Shown: positions 15,063-25,742, numbered from the stretch's first letter. The stretch is 33,247 bases of DNA from Eubacteriales Family XIII. Incertae Sedis bacterium (GCA_031290715.1 JAITNA010000209.1:1-33247), one strand, 5' to 3'. A program made the numbers and translations. The notes: generated from the sequence alone by a model not told the origin.

Positions 15063-16885
15063 GACACGGTTCCCGCGCAGTTCACAATCGAATCGGCGAG
15101 CATATCCATTGTGAGGATATTCAGCGGGAGCGCCAAGCCCCTTTCCGAGAGCCGGTTCGCGAACGTCCGCGCCGGCGGCAGGCCGAGTCCGATACCCGTC
15201 AAAAATCCCTCGTCCGCGTAGATGTCCGCGGGGGAGCCCGTTTTCACAATCCGGCCCTCCGACATGACAAACACGCGATCGGCCAACCTTGCGACGTCCT
15301 CCATGTTGTGGGAAACAAGGATGATGGTGCAGCCCGTCTTTTCCCGTATCGAACGAACCATCTCGAGGACGTCCTCGTGCGACCGCGGATCAAGTCCGGC
15401 TGTCGGCTCGTCGAGAATGAGCACTTCCGGGCGCATGGCGACGACGCCCGCGATCGCGACCTTGCGCTTTTGCCCGCCGGACAGCTCAAACGGCGAGCGC
15501 TGCGCGTATTCCGAAAAATCCACATCCACAAGCGCCATGGCTTCCTTGACGCGGACGTCCGCTTCCTCGTCCGTCAGCCCGAGATTTTTGGGCCCGAACG
15601 CGATATCCTTGTATACGGTTTCATCAAAAAGCTGATATTCGGGGTATTGAAACACCATGCCGATCTTCTTCCTCATCTCAATGACAGACGCGTTCTTGGC
15701 CGTCACGTCGACGCCGCCGACCGTGATCTTGCCCGACGTCGGTTTGAGCAAGCCGTTCAAATGCTGAACAAGCGTTGACTTTCCCGACCCCGTATGGCCG
15801 ATGATACAGACGAATTCGCCCTCCGCAATCTCAAAACTCACATCCGCGACCGCGTTCGTTTCATAAGCAAGCCCCTTATTGAACGTATGCGTCAAATGCT
15901 CCGCCACAACACAAGACAAAAGGGGACGGTTCATTTGTCCCGCGCCCTCCGGGACAAATGAACCGTCCCCTTTTGTCCCGCCCGCGTGTTCGCCGTCCCC
16001 GCGTTCCTCCCCGCGGCTCCTCGGTTCGCCCTGTCCCGCCGCCGCGCGCAGGATCGCCGCCGCCAGCTTTTCGCTGTCCAAGATGTCCGTGTCCGCGGGC
16101 ACAGTCAGCCCGCGCGCGCCGAGCCCCCGCGCCAGTTCAACCGGAAAGGGCAGGCGAAGCCCGAGCCGCCGTATCTCCTCCGCTCTGCGAAAAATCTCGC
16201 GCGGGGGCCCATCCATACGGACCCGTCCGCCGTCCACAATGACGATGCGGTCACCGTCTATCGTTTCATCCATGAAATGCGTGATCAGCAGCACCGTAAT
16301 GCCTTCCGCGTTCAGCTTTTTCGCGATGTCAATGACTTCGCCGCGCCCCTCCGGGTCGAGCATGGCCGTCGGCTCGTCAAAAATCACAATATCCGGCTTC
16401 ATCGCCGCAACGCCCGCAATCGCAATGCGCTGTTTCTGCCCGCCCGACAAGAGGTGCGGCGCCATCTTGCGCTGATCGTACATATCGACGGATTCGAGCG
16501 CGTCCCTGATCCGCTTTTTGATTTCCTCGCGCGGCAGGCCGAGGTTTTCCGGCCCGAACGCGACATCGTCCTCCACCACCGCGGATACCAACTGGTTGTC
16601 CGGATTTTGGAACACCATGCCCGCCATCTGCCGGATGTCCCACACAAATTCTTCAAGGCTTGTATCATAGCCGCCCACAACGACACGTCCCGCGGTCGGC
16701 AGAAGCAAGGCGTTGATGTTTTTTGCCAAGGTCGATTTTCCGCTTCCGTTGCGCCCGATCACGGAGGTGAAACTGCCGCGTTCGATTTCAAGGCTGACCT
16801 CTGTCAGCGCGGGAATCGGATCGCCGTCCCCCGCGTATTCAAAGCATAAGTTTTCGATTGTTATGATGATATCTTTGTCTGCCAT
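15059..16885 (-). CDS. ecfA: Fused ECF transporter ATPases EcfA1-EcfA2 (two ABC domains in one ORF)
   Basis: 608 aa with two complete ABC cassettes (GRNGSGKST...LSGGQKQRIAIAG...VIFDEPT and GHTGSGKST...LSGGQKRKVAIAG...LILDEPT). They are joined by a ~40-aa Gly/Arg/Glu-rich linker. The internal ATG at 15934 would give a 291-aa protein, a length typical of EcfA2. Confidence 0.9.
   Translation of the reverse strand: MADKDIIITIENLCFEYAGDGDPIPALTEVSLEIERGSFTSVIGRNGSGKSTLAKNINALLLPTAGRVVVGGYDTSLEEFVWDIRQMAGMVFQNPDNQLVSAVVEDDVAFGPENLGLPREEIKKRIRDALESVDMYDQRKMAPHLLSGGQKQRIAIAGVAAMKPDIVIFDEPTAMLDPEGRGEVIDIAKKLNAEGITVLLITHFMDETIDGDRIVIVDGGRVRMDGPPREIFRRAEEIRRLGLRLPFPVELARGLGARGLTVPADTDILDSEKLAAAILRAAAGQGEPRSRGEERGDGEHAGGTKGDGSFVPEGAGQMNRPLLSCVVAEHLTHTFNKGLAYETNAVADVSFEIAEGEFVCIIGHTGSGKSTLVQHLNGLLKPTSGKITVGGVDVTAKNASVIEMRKKIGMVFQYPEYQLFDETVYKDIAFGPKNLGLTDEEADVRVKEAMALVDVDFSEYAQRSPFELSGGQKRKVAIAGVVAMRPEVLILDEPTAGLDPRSHEDVLEMVRSIREKTGCTIILVSHNMEDVARLADRVFVMSEGRIVKTGSPADIYADEGFLTGIGLGLPPARTFANRLSERGLALPLNILTMDMLADSIVNCAGTVS
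15915..15977. repeat. Perfect palindrome (28-bp stem, 7-nt loop) at the ecfA1/ecfA2 junction
   Basis: 15915-15942 is the exact reverse complement of 15950-15977; the loop CGCCCTC is at 15943-15949. Both strands therefore encode MNRPLLS. Confidence 0.95.
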
Positions 16886-16894
16886 ATTGCAAAA

Positions 16895-16914
16895 CGGACC
16901 GTTTTCACGGTCCG
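16895..16914 (-). terminator. Hairpin between rplQ and ecfA (weak terminator or attenuator)
   Basis: On the minus strand: CGGACCG-TGAAAA-CGGTCCG followed by TTTTG. It ends 9 nt before the ecfA ATG. Confidence 0.45.
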
Positions 16915-16934
16915 CGGCATTCCTCCTATTGGGC

Positions 16935-17279
16935 TCACTTCACAAGCTCGAGGAACACTTCCTCCGCGTTGTCGCCCCTTCTCGGGCCGAGCTTGAGAAT
17001 CCTCGTATACCCGCCGTTCCGGCTTTCATAGCCCGGCGCGATCTGCTCAAACAGCTTTGTCACAACATCCTCATCATAGATGTATCCGAGTGCTTGGCGC
17101 CTTGCGTGCAGGTCGCCCCGCTTGCCGAGCGTGATCATCTTTTCCGCCATACGGCCGGCTTCCTTCGCGCGCGTATCCGTCGTCGTGATCCGCCCCTCGC
17201 GGAGAAGATCCGTGACGAGATTTCTCAGCATGGCTTTTCTATGGGCCGAATCTCTGCCTAATTTCCTGTAACCCGACAT
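16935..17279 (-). CDS. rplQ: 50S ribosomal protein L17
   Basis: [26 protein letters not shown]...; the position after rpoA is conserved. Confidence 0.97.
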   Translation of the reverse strand: MSGYRKLGRDSAHRKAMLRNLVTDLLREGRITTTDTRAKEAGRMAEKMITLGKRGDLHARRQALGYIYDEDVVTKLFEQIAPGYESRNGGYTRILKLGPRRGDNAEEVFLELVK

Positions 17280-17294
17280 TGCCTCCTCCTTTCC

Positions 17295-18239
17295 TTATTC
17301 TTCGCTTTCCCTGAGCCCAAGCCCAAGGTCAGCCAATTTTTCTTTCACTTCATCGAGCGACTTCTTGCCGAGGTTCCTGACATTCATCATATCCTCCTCG
17401 TTTTTTTGCGTAAGCTCCTCGACCGTGTTGATGTTCGCCCGCTTCAGGCAGTTGAACGAACGCACGGAGAGTTCGAGCTCGTCGATCGGCATCTCAAGCG
17501 CTTTTTCCTTTTGATTCTCCTCTTTCTCCACCATCATGTCCATATTGTCGGCATTGTCGTAGAGGTTGATGAAGAGATCGAGGTGGTCGCGCATGATCTT
17601 TGCGCTGATGGCCACGCTCTCGCTCGGGGAAATGCTGCCGTCCGTCCAAACCTCAAGGCTCAGCTTGTCATAGTCCGTCACCTGCCCGACCCGCGTGTTC
17701 TCCACCGAGAAATTGACCTTTGACACCGGCGTGTAGATCGAGTCTACGGGGATGACGCCGATGGGCGTCGATTCCGTCTTGTTCTGATCGGCAGTCACAT
17801 AGCCGCGGCCTTTGGCGAGATTGATCTCCATATAGAGCGTCGCCCCCGCTTCCAAGGTCGCGATATGCAAATCCGTATTGTAGATTTCCACATCCGCGCT
17901 GACCTTGATGTCGCCCGCCGTCACTTCGAGCGGGCCCTTCGCTTCAATCACAACGGTCTTTTCATCTTCGCTGTTCACGCGTACCGCAAGGCGTTTCAGA
18001 TTGAGAATAATTTCCGTAACATCTTCCTTGACGCCCGGAATGGTCGAGAACTCATGCATGATGCCGTCGATTTTGACCGAGGTGACCGCGCTGCCCGGCA
18101 GCGAACTCATCAAAATGCGCCGCAAGCTGTTGCCCAATGTCGTTCCGTAGCCGCGTTCGAGCGGCTCGACCACAAACCTGCCGTACAGCTCGCTGCCGTC
18201 GGAAACGCATTCTATCGTGGGTCTTTCAATCTCTATCAC
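17295..18239 (-). CDS. rpoA: DNA-directed RNA polymerase subunit alpha
   Basis: 314 aa. Contains [20 protein letters not shown] and the C-terminal domain segment [17 protein letters not shown]. Confidence 0.98.
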   Translation of the reverse strand: MIEIERPTIECVSDGSELYGRFVVEPLERGYGTTLGNSLRRILMSSLPGSAVTSVKIDGIMHEFSTIPGVKEDVTEIILNLKRLAVRVNSEDEKTVVIEAKGPLEVTAGDIKVSADVEIYNTDLHIATLEAGATLYMEINLAKGRGYVTADQNKTESTPIGVIPVDSIYTPVSKVNFSVENTRVGQVTDYDKLSLEVWTDGSISPSESVAISAKIMRDHLDLFINLYDNADNMDMMVEKEENQKEKALEMPIDELELSVRSFNCLKRANINTVEELTQKNEEDMMNVRNLGKKSLDEVKEKLADLGLGLRESEE

Positions 18240-18278
18240 GTTTGTTCCTCCTTGAATTCCTTTGTGCCGCGCAGATCA

Positions 18279-18899
18279 CTACTTCGAGTAGAGCTCAACG
18301 ATGAGATGTTCCGCGATTGGGGTATCAATCTCTTCCCGCGTCGGGAGCACAAGCACGGTGCCTTCGAGTTTGGCGACGTCTACGCTGATCCACGCGGGAG
18401 CGTTGATCTGCATTTCCTTGATTTCCTCGAATTTCAAGGATTTGTGGCTCGATTTCTTCACCGCGACGACCGAACCGGGCGCCACTTCATAGGAAGGAAT
18501 ATCAACTTTCCTGCCGTTGACCGTGAAATGCCCGTGATTGACCAACTGTCTGGCCTCTTTTCTCGAGGACGCGAATCCCATCCGAAATACCACATTGTCA
18601 AGGCGCGTTTCGAGCATGACGAGGAGAATCTCACCCGTAATGCCCTTGCGTTTTGAAGCCTTGAGGAAAGTATTGTGAAACTGCTTTTCGAGCAGTCCGT
18701 AGAACCGTTTTGCCTTTTGTTTTTCCCTGAGCTGCAGACCGTAGTCGGATGTCTTTTTCCGGCTTATCCCATGCTGCCCCGGCGCGTAAGCCCTTCTCTC
18801 CAGCGCGCACTTGTTTGAATAGCACCGATCGCCTTTGAGGAAGAGTTTTTGCGCCTCCCTTCTGCAAAGTCTGCAGGATGCGTCTGTATATCTTGCCAC
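18279..18899 (-). CDS. rpsD: 30S ribosomal protein S4
   Basis: [26 protein letters not shown]..., with an S4 RNA-binding domain. Confidence 0.97.
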   Translation of the reverse strand: MARYTDASCRLCRREAQKLFLKGDRCYSNKCALERRAYAPGQHGISRKKTSDYGLQLREKQKAKRFYGLLEKQFHNTFLKASKRKGITGEILLVMLETRLDNVVFRMGFASSRKEARQLVNHGHFTVNGRKVDIPSYEVAPGSVVAVKKSSHKSLKFEEIKEMQINAPAWISVDVAKLEGTVLVLPTREEIDTPIAEHLIVELYSK

Positions 18900-18911
18900 T
18901 TCTGTTCCTCC

Positions 18912-19307
18912 TTATACTCTTCTTCTCTTCGGCGGTCTGCATCCGTTGTGCGGGATGGGTGTGATATCCTTGATCAATGAGATCTCAAGACCTGCGGTTT
19001 GAAGCGCCCTGATCGCGGCCTCGCGGCCTGATCCGGGACCCTTGACGTATACCTCTACATGTTTCAGCCCGTGTTCGATGGCCGCTTTCGCGGCCGCTTC
19101 GCTTGCCATTTGCGCGGCGAAAGGAGTGGATTTCCGCGATCCCTTGAATCCGAGCGACCCTGCGCTCGACCAAGAGATGGCGTTTCCGCTCTGATCCGTC
19201 AGCGTGACGAGCGTGTTGTTGAAAGAGGCCTGAATATGCGCCTGCCCTCTTTCTATATTCTTGCGCTCTTTTCTCTTTTTCCGTGTTGTTTTCTTGGCCT
19301 GTGCCAT
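18912..19307 (-). CDS. rpsK: 30S ribosomal protein S11
   Basis: [22 protein letters not shown]...[11 protein letters not shown]. Confidence 0.97.
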   Translation of the reverse strand: MAQAKKTTRKKRKERKNIERGQAHIQASFNNTLVTLTDQSGNAISWSSAGSLGFKGSRKSTPFAAQMASEAAAKAAIEHGLKHVEVYVKGPGSGREAAIRALQTAGLEISLIKDITPIPHNGCRPPKRRRV

Positions 19308-19319
19308 GACCTATCCTCC

Positions 19320-19694
19320 TTAGTCGCTTTTCTTTTTTCTGCCGACCGTCTTTTTGGGACCCTTGCGCGTCCGCGCGTTCGTCTTGGTATTTTGCCCCCG
19401 AACGGGCAGGCCCCTCCTGTGGCGGATCCCCCTGTAGCAACCAATTTCCATGAGCCGTTTGATATTGAGGCTGACGTCCCTTCTCAGATCGCCCTCGACG
19501 CTGTAGTCGCTGTCGATGATCTTTCTGATCTTGCCGGCGTCCTCCTCGGACAGGTCTTTGACGCGAATGTTCGGATCGACTTCCGCTTTCGCGAGAATCT
19601 CGTTCGACGTCCTTCTGCCGATGCCGTAGATATAGGTCAAGCCGATCTCGATCCTCTTATCTCTGGGTAAATCTACCCCAGCAATACGTGCCAT
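19320..19694 (-). CDS. rpsM: 30S ribosomal protein S13
   Basis: [26 protein letters not shown]... Confidence 0.97.
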   Translation of the reverse strand: MARIAGVDLPRDKRIEIGLTYIYGIGRRTSNEILAKAEVDPNIRVKDLSEEDAGKIRKIIDSDYSVEGDLRRDVSLNIKRLMEIGCYRGIRHRRGLPVRGQNTKTNARTRKGPKKTVGRKKKSD

Positions 19695-19826
19695 AGTTTT
19701 CCTCCTATGATGTTCCCTGCATACTACTACTCTGCTCTATCAATCTATCGTATAAAGCTTTTGCAGATCGTTTCGCTGTCGTCCCGACAGGAAAACTCAG
19801 CCGCCTGCATTGCTTGCGAACGAAAA

Positions 19827-19940
19827 TTAACCCTGCTTTTGCTTATGCTTCGGGTTTTCGCAAATAATCATCACCTTGCCGTTCCGCTTGATGATCTTGC
19901 ATTTCTCGCACATTGGTTTTACGGATGCCCTTACTTTCAT
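19827..19940 (-). CDS. rpmJ: 50S ribosomal protein L36
   Basis: Not in the ORF track because it is under 60 aa. The minus-strand translation is [37 protein letters not shown] followed by a stop. GGAGGTG lies upstream. Confidence 0.93.
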   Translation of the reverse strand: MKVRASVKPMCEKCKIIKRNGKVMIICENPKHKQKQG

Positions 19941-19999
19941 CATACACCTCCATCTATATCTCTGCTTCGCCGTTTTCAAACTTTACCGCGCGAAAGAAT

Positions 20000-20028
20000 A
20001 TTTTACTATATTTTTTGCCCCGTTGCAA
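20000..20028 (-). promoter_or_regulatory. Candidate internal sigma70 promoter in the infA-rpmJ spacer
   Basis: On the minus strand: TTGCAA (20023-20028), 17-nt spacer, TAAAAT (20000-20005). Confidence 0.45.
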
Positions 20029-20033
20029 CATTT

Positions 20034-20252
20034 TTACTTATCCCGCCACGTAATGCGGCCTTTTGTGAGGTCATAAGGCGATAATTCCATCTTGACCCGG
20101 TCGCCCGGCAGGATTCGGATGAAGTTCATGCGAATTTTGCCCGAGATATGAGCCTGTACGCGGTGGCCGTTGTCCAATTCGACGACAAACATCGCGTTTG
20201 GCTGCGATTCGACAACCTTGCCTTCCACTTCTATTACATCTTTTTTCGCCAT
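20034..20252 (-). CDS. infA: Translation initiation factor IF-1
   Basis: [53 protein letters not shown]... Confidence 0.98.
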   Translation of the reverse strand: MAKKDVIEVEGKVVESQPNAMFVVELDNGHRVQAHISGKIRMNFIRILPGDRVKMELSPYDLTKGRITWRDK

Positions 20253-20305
20253 ATCCTGTGCCTTTGCTCCTCTGTCCGTTTCCTCTGTCTGTTCGTAACG
20301 CTCCC

Positions 20306-21067
20306 TTACCGATCTCTCTCATCCAATGTGATAATCAGCGGCTCCGCGCCCGTAATGATCACGGTATTTTCGTAATGTGCGCTGAGCTTGCCATCCACGG
20401 TCGCCACGGTAAAACCATCATCCCTGCTGTATACATCCGAGATTCCCTCGTTGATCATCGGCTCGATGGCCAAAGCCATCCCTTTCATCAGCTTGGGGCC
20501 GCGGCCGGCCTCGCCGTAGTTCTTCACCTGCGGGTCCTCATGCATCTTCTTTCCGATGCCGTGGCCCACATAGTCGAGTACGACGGAAAAGCCTTCGCGC
20601 TCCGCGCAGGTCTGGATCGCGTGCCCGATGTCCGTCAGGTGATTGCCATCCCTGCAGTACGCAAGCCCCGCGAAGAAGCTTTCCCGGCAAACCCGGATGA
20701 TCCGCCGCGCCGCTTCCGAAACCTCCCCGACCGGGTAGGTCCTCGCCGCGTCGCTGACCCATCCCTTGTGCGTCGCTCCGATATCGACCGAAACGATGTC
20801 GCCCTCGCGCAGGATACGCTTCTCGCTCGGCAGGCCGTGTACGAGCTCCTCATTCACCGAAACGCAAGCGGCGGCGGGGAAGCCGCCGTAGCCCTTGAAG
20901 CTCGGCTCCATTCCGGCCGCGAGGATGCTGTCCTCGACAAAGCGGTCAATTTCCAAGGTACTGACTCCCGGCTTGATCACGCCCGCCAAGTCGCGGAGGA
21001 TGGCCCCCGTGACCTTGCCGGACTCCGCCATCAGGCGTATCTCCGCGTCGGTCTTGATTCGTATCAT
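20306..21067 (-). CDS. map: Type I methionine aminopeptidase
   Basis: 253 aa. Metal-ligand context DIVSVDIGA...GHGIG...EPM. Confidence 0.96.
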   Translation of the reverse strand: MIRIKTDAEIRLMAESGKVTGAILRDLAGVIKPGVSTLEIDRFVEDSILAAGMEPSFKGYGGFPAAACVSVNEELVHGLPSEKRILREGDIVSVDIGATHKGWVSDAARTYPVGEVSEAARRIIRVCRESFFAGLAYCRDGNHLTDIGHAIQTCAEREGFSVVLDYVGHGIGKKMHEDPQVKNYGEAGRGPKLMKGMALAIEPMINEGISDVYSRDDGFTVATVDGKLSAHYENTVIITGAEPLIITLDERDR

Positions 21068-21081
21068 ATCATCCTATCCGT

Positions 21082-21726
21082 CTATCCCAGAATCCCGGAA
21101 ATCTGCTTTTGCAGATTGTCCGCGCCGATCGTCCCGTCGAGTTCCGCCAACAGCCCTCGATCCCTGTAATACGCCACGAGCGGCATCGTCTGCGCGTTGT
21201 AGACGTCGATCCTGTACTCCGCTGTCGCCGCGTCGTCGTCGCTGCGCTGAATCAGCGTACTGCCGCACGCATCGCAGACATTCGCCTGTTTTGGCGGGGA
21301 GCCCGTGACGTGATAGGTACTTCCGCACGCGGGGCAAACCCTTCTGCCCGCAATCCGCATGATCAGCATTTCCCTTGGCACTTTCAGGTAAAACACCTTG
21401 TCGAGCGCCGTACCTTCCTCCGAAAGCAGCTTGTCCAAAGCCTCGGCCTGCGGAATCGTCCGCGGGAAGCCGTCGAGCAAATAGCCGTTTTTTGTATCGT
21501 CCCACGTCAGCCTGTCCGCCATGAGCGCGATCATGAGATCGTCCGGCACGAGTCTGCCGGAATCCACGTATTCTTTTGCTTTCAAGCCGAGCGGCGTTTG
21601 CTCCGCGAGGTGCTTTCGCAGGATATCGCCCGTTGCCACCACCGGTATTTTGTATGCGCGGACAATCCTCCCGGCCTGTGTGCCTTTGCCCGACCCCGGA
21701 GGGCCGAGCAGCATAAGCCTTGCCAT
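21082..21726 (-). CDS. adk: Adenylate kinase (zinc-lid type)
   Basis: P-loop GPPGSGKGTQ and lid cysteines CPACGSTYH...CDACGS. Confidence 0.97.
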   Translation of the reverse strand: MARLMLLGPPGSGKGTQAGRIVRAYKIPVVATGDILRKHLAEQTPLGLKAKEYVDSGRLVPDDLMIALMADRLTWDDTKNGYLLDGFPRTIPQAEALDKLLSEEGTALDKVFYLKVPREMLIMRIAGRRVCPACGSTYHVTGSPPKQANVCDACGSTLIQRSDDDAATAEYRIDVYNAQTMPLVAYYRDRGLLAELDGTIGADNLQKQISGILG

Positions 21727-21743
21727 ATTGCAAGAACTCCTTT

Positions 21744-23015
21744 CTACAAGAACCCTCGGTAATTTCTCATGACCATCTGATTCTCAATCTGTTTCATCGT
21801 ATCGAGCGCGACGCCGACCGCAATGAGCAGCGCCGTCCCGCCGAAGCGAATCTGCAATTCCGTGAACTGCTGAATGAGATAGGGCATCGAAGCAATCACC
21901 GCAAGGAATATCGCGCCCACGAAGGTCACGCGCATCATTACATTATTCAAATATTCGACCGTCGGACGCCCCGGGCGAATGCCCGGTATGAACCCGCCGT
22001 TTGCCCGCATGTTCTCCGCGACATCGACCGGGTTGAAGGTGATCGCCGTGTAGAAATACGTGAAGAAGATGATGAGGATGGCGTCGAGGGCGACATAGAG
22101 CCACACGCCCGGATCGCCCGACGGCGACAGCCACTTGTTCATGAACGCTTCAAATTTCCCGCCGGGGAAGAAATACGTGATGGTCAGCGGGAACTGGAGG
22201 ATCGAAAGGCCGAAGATGACGGGGATCACGCCCGCCTGGTTGACCTTGATCGGAATATGCGTATTTTGCCCGCCGTACATCTTCCTTCCGACGACGCGCT
22301 TGGCGTATTGCACGGGGATTCTTCTTTGGCCCTGCTGTACGAGGACGATCCCGACGATGACCGCCAGGGCAAAGACCGCGAAGAGGAGGAGCGAAATGAA
22401 GCTGACCGTTCCCGCGCGGTAGCTTGTGAAAGCCGTCCCGATGGCGCCGGGCGCGCGGCAGACGATGCCGCCGAAGATGATGAGCGAAATGCCATTGCCC
22501 ACGCCGTACTCGTTGATCTGCTCGCCGAGCCACATGAGGAAAGCCGTGCCGGCCGTCAGGGAAATGATAACGACAATTTTCGAGAAAACATCGTCGTCCA
22601 TCGCGTTTCTGAACAGGCCGAACGTATAGCCGACCGCCTGAAGGAGCGCCAGGATAACCGTCAGATAACGCGTGATTTGCGTCATCTTTTTGCGGCCTTC
22701 CGTTCCCTCTTTTGCCAGATTTTCGAGATAGGGAATGGCGATCGTGAGCAGGTTGATGATGATGGAAGCGGTGATGTAAGGCGTGATACTCAGCGCGAAG
22801 ATCGTAAAGTTTGCAAAGGCCCCGCCCGAAAACAGATTGAAAAGTTCAAAGAGCCCCTGCCCGTTGAACGCCTCGGCCAACACCTGCCGGTCGATCCCCG
22901 GAATGGGAATGTTGGAACCGAGCCGGAATACGATCAGCATAAGCAGCGTGAAGATCATTTTCCGACGGATATCGGGAATCTTCCATGCCTTGCCCAGTGT
23001 TGCAAACATATTCAT
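21744..23015 (-). CDS. secY: Preprotein translocase subunit SecY
   Basis: 423-aa polytopic protein with LGSNIPIPGID and GGAFANFTIFALSITPYITASII. Confidence 0.97.
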   Translation of the reverse strand: MNMFATLGKAWKIPDIRRKMIFTLLMLIVFRLGSNIPIPGIDRQVLAEAFNGQGLFELFNLFSGGAFANFTIFALSITPYITASIIINLLTIAIPYLENLAKEGTEGRKKMTQITRYLTVILALLQAVGYTFGLFRNAMDDDVFSKIVVIISLTAGTAFLMWLGEQINEYGVGNGISLIIFGGIVCRAPGAIGTAFTSYRAGTVSFISLLLFAVFALAVIVGIVLVQQGQRRIPVQYAKRVVGRKMYGGQNTHIPIKVNQAGVIPVIFGLSILQFPLTITYFFPGGKFEAFMNKWLSPSGDPGVWLYVALDAILIIFFTYFYTAITFNPVDVAENMRANGGFIPGIRPGRPTVEYLNNVMMRVTFVGAIFLAVIASMPYLIQQFTELQIRFGGTALLIAVGVALDTMKQIENQMVMRNYRGFL

Positions 23016-23456
23016 TTAAATCACCTCGGCTGTGCCGCCGGCCTTTTCGATCTGAAGGACGGCCGATTTGCTGAATTTGTTTGCCTTGACGGTCAGGCTC
23101 TTTTCGAGCGTGCCGTTTCCGAGCACTTTCAGCCCGCCCAAGGGTTTTTTGATCAAGCCTTTTTCCCTCAGCGTTTCCGCTGTGATTTCGGCGCCGGCTT
23201 CAAAATCGTTCAAGTCGCCGACATTCACGATCGCGTATTCGACCCGCCAAATATTCGTGAAGCCGCGTTTGGGAATCCGTCGGTAGAGCGGCATCTGCCC
23301 GCCCTCAAAACCGATCCGCACACCGCCGCCGCTCCGCGAATTTTGTCCGTTCATCCCGCGCCCGGCCGTCTTGCCCTGCCCGGTCGCCGTACCGCGGCCT
23401 TTGCGCTTCGGCGCTTTTGCCGCGCCCGGCGCCGCTTTCAATTCATGCAATTTCAT
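23016..23456 (-). CDS. rplO: 50S ribosomal protein L15
   Basis: [34 protein letters not shown]... Confidence 0.97.
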   Translation of the reverse strand: MKLHELKAAPGAAKAPKRKGRGTATGQGKTAGRGMNGQNSRSGGGVRIGFEGGQMPLYRRIPKRGFTNIWRVEYAIVNVGDLNDFEAGAEITAETLREKGLIKKPLGGLKVLGNGTLEKSLTVKANKFSKSAVLQIEKAGGTAEVI

Positions 23457-23469
23457 CTGTCTGTTCTCC

Positions 23470-23652
23470 TTACTCTACGGCACTGACCGTGACGAGGTGC
23501 GTTACTTTTTTCACCGCGCCCCGCGTCTGCGGCGTATCTTCAAGCTCCACGCTATGATGCATTTTGCGCAAACCGAGCGCCGCTACCACCTTTCGTTGGG
23601 AGGGCGTGGCGCCGATGGGACTCTTTGTCAATGTGATTTTGATCTTTGCCAT
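23470..23652 (-). CDS. rpmD: 50S ribosomal protein L30
   Basis: [36 protein letters not shown]... Confidence 0.96.
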   Translation of the reverse strand: MAKIKITLTKSPIGATPSQRKVVAALGLRKMHHSVELEDTPQTRGAVKKVTHLVTVSAVE

Positions 23653-23667
23653 ATTTGTTTCCTCCGC

Positions 23668-24174
23668 TTATCCGAATATTTCTTCCCGCGTCTTGCCGCG
23701 CAGCCGGCCGACCTCCTCGACCGTTTTGAGGCCTTTCAGCCCCTCGATGGTCGCATACGCCATATTGCCGGCGTTGTTTGAACCGATGGATTTGGCCCGC
23801 ACATCCTTGACGCCCGCAAGCTCAAGCACGGTACGCACGGAGGAGCCGGCGATCACGCCCGTCCCTTCCGAACCCGGCATGAGCAATACCCGGCCCGCGC
23901 CGAACACCCCGAGGTTTCTGTGGGGGATCGTCGTACCGACCGTAGGCACATAAATCAGCTTCTTCTTTGCGTCCTCGATCGCTTTGCGCACCGCTTCGGG
24001 AATCTCCCGCGCCTTGCCCAGTCCGACGCCCACATAGCCGTTCTCGTCCCCGACGACGACCGTCACGGAAAAGCGCATATTGCGGCCGCCCTTGACCGTC
24101 TTTGCGACCCTTCTGATATTGACGATGGACTCTTTCAGCTCCATTTTGGACGCATCGATTGTTTTCTGCTGCAT
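23668..24174 (-). CDS. rpsE: 30S ribosomal protein S5
   Basis: [26 protein letters not shown]... Confidence 0.97.
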   Translation of the reverse strand: MQQKTIDASKMELKESIVNIRRVAKTVKGGRNMRFSVTVVVGDENGYVGVGLGKAREIPEAVRKAIEDAKKKLIYVPTVGTTIPHRNLGVFGAGRVLLMPGSEGTGVIAGSSVRTVLELAGVKDVRAKSIGSNNAGNMAYATIEGLKGLKTVEEVGRLRGKTREEIFG

Positions 24175-24189
24175 ATCGCCTATCCTCCG

Positions 24190-24555
24190 TTAAAATCTGA
24201 GCCCGGCTTCGCGCGCGCCGTCTGCCAGTTCTTTGACTCTGCCGTGATACAGGAAGCCGCCTCTGTCAAAGGCCACTTCGCTGACGCCCTTTTCAAGCGC
24301 CCGTTTCGCGACGGCCGCCCCGACGAGCTTCGCCGCGTCCTTGTTGCCGCCGTAAGGGGCCTGCGCTTTGATCTCTTTGTCGAGCGATGAAGCGGCGGCG
24401 AGCGTCCGGCCCGTCGTATCGTCGATCACCTGCACCGAGATATTTTTCAGACTGCGGTAAACGCAAAGCCGCGGCTTCGCGGGCGTGCCGCTGAGGTTTT
24501 TCCGCACGCGCGCATGCCGTTTTTTCCGCATATCGTTTCTGCTGTATTTCGCCAT
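24190..24555 (-). CDS. rplR: 50S ribosomal protein L18
   Basis: [34 protein letters not shown]...[26 protein letters not shown]. Confidence 0.97.
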   Translation of the reverse strand: MAKYSRNDMRKKRHARVRKNLSGTPAKPRLCVYRSLKNISVQVIDDTTGRTLAAASSLDKEIKAQAPYGGNKDAAKLVGAAVAKRALEKGVSEVAFDRGGFLYHGRVKELADGAREAGLRF

Positions 24556-24573
24556 CTTTTCGACTCCTTTCCC

Positions 24574-25122
24574 TTAACTGCCCTTGACTCCGGCCTTGCC
24601 TTCCTTGCGGCGGACCTTTTCGCCCGAATAGCGGACGCCCTTGCCCTTGTAAGGCTCCGGCGGCCGCCACGCACGGATGATGGCGGCGTAGTTGCCCACG
24701 GCGGCCTTGTCGATCCCCTTGACAAGGATCTCCGTTGCGGACGGCGTTTCCGTCGTGATCCCATTCGGATCGAACAGCTCGACGGGATGGGAATAGCCAA
24801 GGCTGAGGACGAGCTTGTCGCCCTGTTTGTCGGCCTTGTATCCGACGCCGATGATTTCCAATTTGCGTTCAAAGCCTTCCGAAACGCCCGTTACCATATT
24901 GCCGATGAGCGTCCTCGACAGGCCGTGGAGGGAGCGGCTCTCTTTCTGATCGTCGCTGCGCGTCACATGGATCACGCCGTCCTCTTGTTTTACCGTAATC
25001 TTACCCGATATCTTTTCGCTGAGCTCCCCTTTGGGGCCCTTGACCGTGACAAGGCCCGCGGCGTCTATTGTCACCTCGACGCCGGCAGGGATTGTCACGG
25101 GAATTTTTCCGATTCTGGACAT
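24574..25122 (-). CDS. rplF: 50S ribosomal protein L6
   Basis: [20 protein letters not shown]... Confidence 0.97.
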   Translation of the reverse strand: MSRIGKIPVTIPAGVEVTIDAAGLVTVKGPKGELSEKISGKITVKQEDGVIHVTRSDDQKESRSLHGLSRTLIGNMVTGVSEGFERKLEIIGVGYKADKQGDKLVLSLGYSHPVELFDPNGITTETPSATEILVKGIDKAAVGNYAAIIRAWRPPEPYKGKGVRYSGEKVRRKEGKAGVKGS

Positions 25123-25135
25123 ATCCTTCCTCCTC

Positions 25136-25534
25136 CTACCAAACGTAACAGATGACTTCGCCGCCGATGCCGATACGCCGGGCGTCTTTGTCGCTGATAA
25201 TTCCCCGCGAAGTCGAAATGATGGCGACGCCGAGGCCGCCGAGTACCCTCGGGACGTTCTCCGCTTTCACATGCACTCTCAGCCCGGGCTTGGAGATTTT
25301 CCGAATGCCGCTGATGACCTTCACCTTGCCGGGCGCGTACTTCATCTTGATTTTGATGATACCCTGCTTCCCGTCCTCGGTGAATTCGTAATCCTCGATG
25401 TAGCCTTCCTCTTTGAGAATGGCCGCGATGGATTTCTTCATCTTCGACGCGGGCACATCCACGGTCTGATGTCCGGCCGTGTTTGCGTTTCTTATCCTTG
25501 TGAGCATATCCGCTACAGGATCTGTCATTGTCAT
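25136..25534 (-). CDS. rpsH: 30S ribosomal protein S8
   Basis: [20 protein letters not shown]... Confidence 0.97.
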   Translation of the reverse strand: MTMTDPVADMLTRIRNANTAGHQTVDVPASKMKKSIAAILKEEGYIEDYEFTEDGKQGIIKIKMKYAPGKVKVISGIRKISKPGLRVHVKAENVPRVLGGLGVAIISTSRGIISDKDARRIGIGGEVICYVW

Positions 25535-25547
25535 AATGAGTTCCTCC

Positions 25548-25733
25548 TTACCAACTTGCCTTTTTGACGCCGGGGATTTCTCCCTTGTACGCGAGTTCTC
25601 TGAAGCAAATCCTGCAAATACCGTACTTTTGAAGCACCGAATGGGGCCTTCCGCAAATCCTGCATCTCGTGTAAGCCCTCGTCTTGTATTTCGGCTTCCT
25701 CTGCTGCTTTATTTTGAGCGATGTCTTTGCCAT
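25548..25733 (-). CDS. rpsZ: 30S ribosomal protein S14, type Z (zinc-binding, 61 aa)
   Basis: [38 protein letters not shown]. Confidence 0.96.
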   Translation of the reverse strand: MAKTSLKIKQQRKPKYKTRAYTRCRICGRPHSVLQKYGICRICFRELAYKGEIPGVKKASW

Positions 25734-25742
25734 GGCCTCCTC

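Noticed and set aside
21074-21733. 219-aa minus-strand ORF overlapping adk in another frame
   Set aside because: The frame encoding the P-loop and zinc-lid adenylate kinase (21082-21726) is clearly the real gene. The alternative frame is Arg/Gly-rich with no motifs.
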